Shown: in pieces, positions 59,869 through 64,000 of the stretch
Layout: each line of letters begins with the position of its first letter
Position numbering within the stretch: the first letter of the stretch is position 1
Notes under the pieces: generated by a model
Seen by the model: only the letters and a program-made list of their open reading frames with translations
What the model was told of the DNA's origin: nothing
Database searches by the model: none
Assembly (NCBI GenBank): GCA_024233135.1
Contig: JACKPZ010000007.1
Coordinates: forward strand, 52,864 to 116,863
Direction of reading: 5' to 3'
Source of the DNA: Akkermansiaceae bacterium
GTDB lineage: Bacteria; Verrucomicrobiota; Verrucomicrobiia; Verrucomicrobiales; Akkermansiaceae
DNA: 64,000 nucleotides
Translations under genes and position numbers: made by a program

Positions 59869-60992
59869 AGTTCCGGCTGCCGGTGTTGATCCTAATTTCG
59901 TTGATGGTCGGGTGGATGGCCTCTCACAGGCTCCGCAGGGAGCCGCCTCCGGTCGCTGGATCGACGGAAGGGAATGTCGCGACGGCGGATGAGGAATGGT
60001 TGCGGAGTCTCGCGGCGGCGGAGCCGGGACCGGCGGAACTCGAACCATTGCTCCGTGGCGTCCACGACGCGATGCCGGTGCGAACGACGCGGATTTCCAC
60101 GCTGCTGGCGGCGATCCCCACGGTGGAAACTCCGGTCCGCGGAATATTGTGTGACCTGCTCGCCGACGAGCATCCGGCGGAGGTGGCGGCGGAAATCCGG
60201 ACCCTGTTGCGTGCCGAAACCGATCCCGATACGGCGGGTCGACTGCTGGACGCGCTGTGTGCGGCGACAATGCCTGAGGTGGACGATGTGCCGGACGAGG
60301 ACCTGCTGGCCCGGGCTTTCGAGGAGGCGCAGGCGGCAATCGACGAGGAAATGGCGCGTTGCGATTCCGATGCGGCGCGGCGGATGGAGGCCGCTGGGGC
60401 GGTGATCGAGGTGTTTCCGTTGGAGGAGGCGAAGCAGCGGCTCGACAAGGCTGCGGAGACCGCGGCGGACCCGGAAGAGCGAAACTTCATCCGGGGACTC
60501 GAGTGGGAGTTGCTCGTCGGCTCGGCAGCAGCTGATGAAGCGGAGGGCCTGCTCGCGCATCTGGCGGATCATCCCGAGCTGCTCGCTTCAGAAGAGCGCA
60601 AGGCGGCGACCTTGGAGCAGATCGAGGTGTCCGACCTGTCGGCCGCGCCGCCGGATGAAATCCGCCCGTTGCTGATGAAGCTCCGGCCCGTGCCAGCGGC
60701 GGATGCGGCGTTCTCACGGTGGTTTGAGTTGTTCGCCGACCGCGGGCAGGTTGGCGGTGGCGAACTCGACGGTTTGCTGAAAACGGCGGACCCGCTTGAT
60801 GTCGCGTCGTTGTTGCACTTCGGCGGGGCCGGTTGGCCGGAGGAACTGCGGTCGCGCTCAGGCCGGGATTTCGAGCGCGAGCTGCGACTCGCCGGAGCGG
60901 CGACGGATGATGACGAGGCACGTGGTTTCCTGATCGATGCGGCCGATGCGCTCGTAAAGCCGCCGGAATCGCAGGATACGCGGAGCTTTTAG
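59865..60992 (+). CDS. Hypothetical acidic helical membrane-anchored protein
   Basis: ATGA overlap with the upstream gene; N-terminal TM; Asp/Glu-rich. Confidence 0.65.
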   Translation: MKFRLPVLILISLMVGWMASHRLRREPPPVAGSTEGNVATADEEWLRSLAAAEPGPAELEPLLRGVHDAMPVRTTRISTLLAAIPTVETPVRGILCDLLADEHPAEVAAEIRTLLRAETDPDTAGRLLDALCAATMPEVDDVPDEDLLARAFEEAQAAIDEEMARCDSDAARRMEAAGAVIEVFPLEEAKQRLDKAAETAADPEERNFIRGLEWELLVGSAAADEAEGLLAHLADHPELLASEERKAATLEQIEVSDLSAAPPDEIRPLLMKLRPVPAADAAFSRWFELFADRGQVGGGELDGLLKTADPLDVASLLHFGGAGWPEELRSRSGRDFERELRLAGAATDDDEARGFLIDAADALVKPPESQDTRSF

Positions 60993-61062
60993 GGGGTTTT
61001 GGTGAGCAAAGCGGTATTTCCGAGTGGGAAGTCGTGTCACCACGGGTGTACTGTTAGGGGCT

Positions 61063-61659
61063 ATGAAAACGAATGAGCATCGCACCCCACACCCACTGAA
61101 CCTCCCGATTCCATCACGCCCGCCGTGTGTTTTCGCCCGGATGATGGCGTTCGTTGTGGCCGCGCTGGTGGCGCTTGCCGCCGCTCCCATCGCGACCGCC
61201 GGTTCTCCGAATGGCAGCTACAAGTTTGTGAATGCCTCCGGTAGCGTCACCCTCGGCGGCGACACCACCGAGCTGACTTCGGACATGATCGAGGAACTCG
61301 GCATCATCAGCAAAACCGCACTCCAAGTGAAAAACAACAAGGTGAAGCTGGACCGCAACGCCGCCAAAAAGCTGATCACCAAACTCGGCAAGGAACTCGG
61401 CGTGCCGATCGAGACCAGCGTGAAGGGTCCGAAGACCGTGACCCTCAAGAAATCCGGAAGCTCATGGAAAGGCAGGACCAGCAAGCCGGTCGTCGTGAAG
61501 TTCTCGACCTCTTACGAAGGTGAGAAGATCGAAGGCACCTTGCGCAGCCACTTCAAGGTCAAGGTCCGCGGCAAGAAGATGACTCTGGAAACGCCGATCA
61601 CCGGCAGCGTGCTCGGCTACAAGATCGAGGCGGAGGCCGTTTCGAAATTCAAACGCTGA
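61063..61659 (+). CDS. Hypothetical secreted Lys-rich beta protein
   Basis: Hydrophobic signal (MMAFVVAALVALAAAPIATA), typical codon usage, followed by a terminator; true start may be further downstream. Confidence 0.7.
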   Translation: MKTNEHRTPHPLNLPIPSRPPCVFARMMAFVVAALVALAAAPIATAGSPNGSYKFVNASGSVTLGGDTTELTSDMIEELGIISKTALQVKNNKVKLDRNAAKKLITKLGKELGVPIETSVKGPKTVTLKKSGSSWKGRTSKPVVVKFSTSYEGEKIEGTLRSHFKVKVRGKKMTLETPITGSVLGYKIEAEAVSKFKR

Positions 61660-61682
61660 CACCGCCGCTCCGATGTAACGCG

Positions 61683-61712
61683 AAGGCCGGGGGGCGCGCC
61701 CCCCGGCCTTTT
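61683..61712. terminator. Bidirectional terminator hairpin
   Basis: AAGGCCGGGGGGCGCGCCCCCCGGCCTTTT palindrome between convergent genes. Confidence 0.85.
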
Positions 61713-61741
61713 CGTTTCGCCATCCGCAGGCCGAGGTTTGT

Positions 61742-63100
61742 TTACCGAACGAGCGCCGCTTTCCAGCGGGCGATCTCGGACGTGACATTCTCCACCGACG
61801 GTGCGCCGGGGTTCGTGCGCGAGGCGAGCGCGCGGTCGAGTGAGAAGACGTCCTTCGCATCCGGTCCGTAGGCGTCGTCGATGGCTGCTAGATCGAGCTG
61901 GTCGAGCGCTGTCCTGGTGCGGATGGCCTCGGCGACGGCCTTGCCGACGAGTTCGTGCGCATGGCGGAACGGGACACCCTTTTTCACGAGGTAGTCGGCG
62001 AGGTCGGTGGCCAGCAACATCGGATCGGCAGCGGTGGCGCGGCAGGTTTCCTCGCGCAATTCCATGGCGCCGATCATCTCGGTGTTGACGGCGAGGATGA
62101 GGTGCAGCGTGTCGATGGAATCGAAAAGCGGTGGTTTGTCTTCCTGCAAATCGCGGTTGTAGGTGAGCGGCAGGCCTTTGACGGCGACGAGGAGGTTCAT
62201 CAGGTTGCCAACGAGCCGACCGGTTTTGCCGCGGGTGAGTTCGCAAACGTCCGGGTTTTTCTTCTGCGGCATCAGCGACGAGCCGGTGGTGTGCGCGTCA
62301 GACAGCGATGCGAAGCCGAACTCGGCGCTGCACCACAGGATCAGGTCCTCGCTGAGGCGCGAAAGGTGCACGCCGCAGAGCGAAATCACGAACAACAGCT
62401 CGGCGATGGAATCGCGGTCGGCGATGGCGTCCATCGAGTTGGTCGTGACACCGTCGAAACCGAGTTCCGCGGCGATGGCGCGGCGGTCGAGGTTGATCGT
62501 CGAGCCGGCGAGCGCGCCGGAGCCGAGCGGCGAGATGTTGAGGCGCTTGCGACAGTCCACGAGACGGGATTTGTCGCGCTCGAGCATCTCGACGTAGGCA
62601 AGCAGGTGGTGGCCGGCGGTGACCGGCTGGCCACGCTGCAGATGGGTGTAGCCGGGGATCACCGTGGCGGCGTATTTCTCCGCGCGGTCGAGCAGGGCGA
62701 GCTGCAGGCCGGCCATCGCACAAGCCAGTTCGTCGATCTGCGTGCGGCAATAAAGCCGGGTGTCGGTAGCGACCTGGTCGTTGCGCGAGCGGGCGGTGTG
62801 AAGCTTCGCGCCGGCCGCGCCGATCCGGCGGGTCAGCTCGGCCTCGATGTTCATGTGGATGTCCTCGAGCGAGGTGCGGAACTCGAAGTTTCCCGCCTCG
62901 ATGTCGGCCTTGATTTCCCGCAGACCCTTCTCGATCTGCGAAAATTCGTCATCCGTGAGCAGCCCCGCGACTTTCTGCGCGCGGGCGTGGGCGATCGACC
63001 CCGCGATGTCGTGCGGGAACAATCGCCAGTCGTACGAGATCGACTCGCCGAACTGCTGGACGAGCGAGGAGGTGTCTTTTTCGAAGCGGCCTTTCCACAT
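61742..63100 (-). CDS. argH: Argininosuccinate lyase
   Basis: MWKGRF, EDIHMNIE, HTARSRNDQVATD, PGYTHLQ, GSSLMPQKKNPD, YNRDLQEDK. Confidence 0.97.
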   Translation of the reverse strand: MWKGRFEKDTSSLVQQFGESISYDWRLFPHDIAGSIAHARAQKVAGLLTDDEFSQIEKGLREIKADIEAGNFEFRTSLEDIHMNIEAELTRRIGAAGAKLHTARSRNDQVATDTRLYCRTQIDELACAMAGLQLALLDRAEKYAATVIPGYTHLQRGQPVTAGHHLLAYVEMLERDKSRLVDCRKRLNISPLGSGALAGSTINLDRRAIAAELGFDGVTTNSMDAIADRDSIAELLFVISLCGVHLSRLSEDLILWCSAEFGFASLSDAHTTGSSLMPQKKNPDVCELTRGKTGRLVGNLMNLLVAVKGLPLTYNRDLQEDKPPLFDSIDTLHLILAVNTEMIGAMELREETCRATAADPMLLATDLADYLVKKGVPFRHAHELVGKAVAEAIRTRTALDQLDLAAIDDAYGPDAKDVFSLDRALASRTNPGAPSVENVTSEIARWKAALVR

Positions 63101-63274
63101 GGCGGGACGATTTGACGCCGCGGCGGGCGGGATGGGAACGATAATCCTTCGCGTTGGATCATCCGCGGGCCGAATCCACGCGATTCCGGGGGGATCCGCG
63201 GTTCTTGCAAAACCGCGGCTTTCGAGCATTCTCCCCGCCGCCCGGCGCGGCCGGGAATCCCCATGCGTATCATC

Positions 63275-63481
63275 ATGAATCTCCGTTCCGTATCCGCTGC
63301 GATGGCCCTTGCCATCGGCAGCCTCGCGCTCAGCTCCTGTTTTTCGAGTTCCGAGGTTCAGAGCGGCAGCGAAAGCGTCGGCCAGCAGTTGCAGGACCTC
63401 GACCACGCCTACCGCCAGGGTATCATCACCGAAAAGGAATACGCCAAACTGAAAAAAGCCCTGATCAAGAAGCACGGCTGA
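63275..63481 (+). CDS. Small SHOCT-domain lipoprotein
   Basis: Lipobox LSSC; SVGQQLQDLDHAYRQGIITEKEYAKLK. Confidence 0.8.
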   Translation: MNLRSVSAAMALAIGSLALSSCFSSSEVQSGSESVGQQLQDLDHAYRQGIITEKEYAKLKKALIKKHG

Positions 63482-63578
63482 TCCGCGGGCTTCGGCCCGG
63501 GATGAATCGTTGACGCCTCCCCGGTTTCGCTCCACGCTGCGCACGCAACAAGCTTTCGAAATACCAACCCACCCACCT

Positions 63579-64000
63579 ATGAGACTGATCCGCCCGCTTC
63601 TCGCCGCCGCCACCGCGGTCTCGCTCGCCGTCGCCGCCCACGGGCAGGAGGGCAAGCTGAACATCGCCACGGTGGACATGCAGGAGCTTTTCAAGCAGTA
63701 CTACCGCACCAACGAGGCGCAGAAACAGATCAACGTCGAGCGCGCCCGCATCCAGAAGGACAACAATGAGCGCCTCGGCCGCATCCGCGAGCTGGAGGAC
63801 AACCTCAGCAAGCTTCGCAAGCAGCTCGAGGATCCCGCCATCAACGACCAGAAGAAGCAGGCGCTCTTCAAGGACTGGCAGATGCAGCAGCAGGAGGGCA
63901 TCGCGCTCGACCGCGAGCGACGCGAATTCCTCCAGCGCCGCAACCAGGCCCTCAACGAGAAGATGGTCCAGCGCATGAAGGGCATCCTCGAGGAAATCCG
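63579..64000 (+). CDS. skp: OmpH/Skp periplasmic chaperone (partial, runs off the right end)
   Basis: Manual translation: MRLIRPLLAAATAVSLAVAAHGQEGKLNIATVDMQELFKQYYRT followed by coiled coil. Confidence 0.85.
   Translation, partial: MRLIRPLLAAATAVSLAVAAHGQEGKLNIATVDMQELFKQYYRTNEAQKQINVERARIQKDNNERLGRIRELEDNLSKLRKQLEDPAINDQKKQALFKDWQMQQQEGIALDRERREFLQRRNQALNEKMVQRMKGILEEI

Noticed and set aside
63101-63694. N-terminal extension of the 650-aa argH ORF
   Set aside because: ArgH homology starts at MWKGRF (63100); the extension overlaps real plus-strand genes.

Overview
High-GC bacterial chromosomal window. Gene content and protein style point to Verrucomicrobiota (Luteolibacter/Haloferula-like; this is inference). 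Housekeeping genes: atpB-E-F-H-A (truncated), HU, rimO, queA, xth, prmC, murA, argH and skp/ompH (truncated). Accessory genes: an ECF-sigma/Hanks kinase pair, a second ECF sigma in a frameshift-dense stretch (~13.2-15.8 kb, probably long-read consensus errors), GH88/Gfo/DUF1080 sugar genes, large secreted multidomain proteins, and a RAYT transposase with REP-like palindromes. The most notable locus is 37.3-44.6 kb. A DUF3570-ApbE-TlpA-DUF4266 flavinylation cassette is flanked by two paralogous surface proteins, one short and one with eight extra Ig repeats. They share an ungapped, non-canonical ~77-aa leader ending in D-S-V-[A/S]-G-A-T, an ApbE flavinylation-like motif. All family assignments come from motif recognition by eye; no database searches were run.
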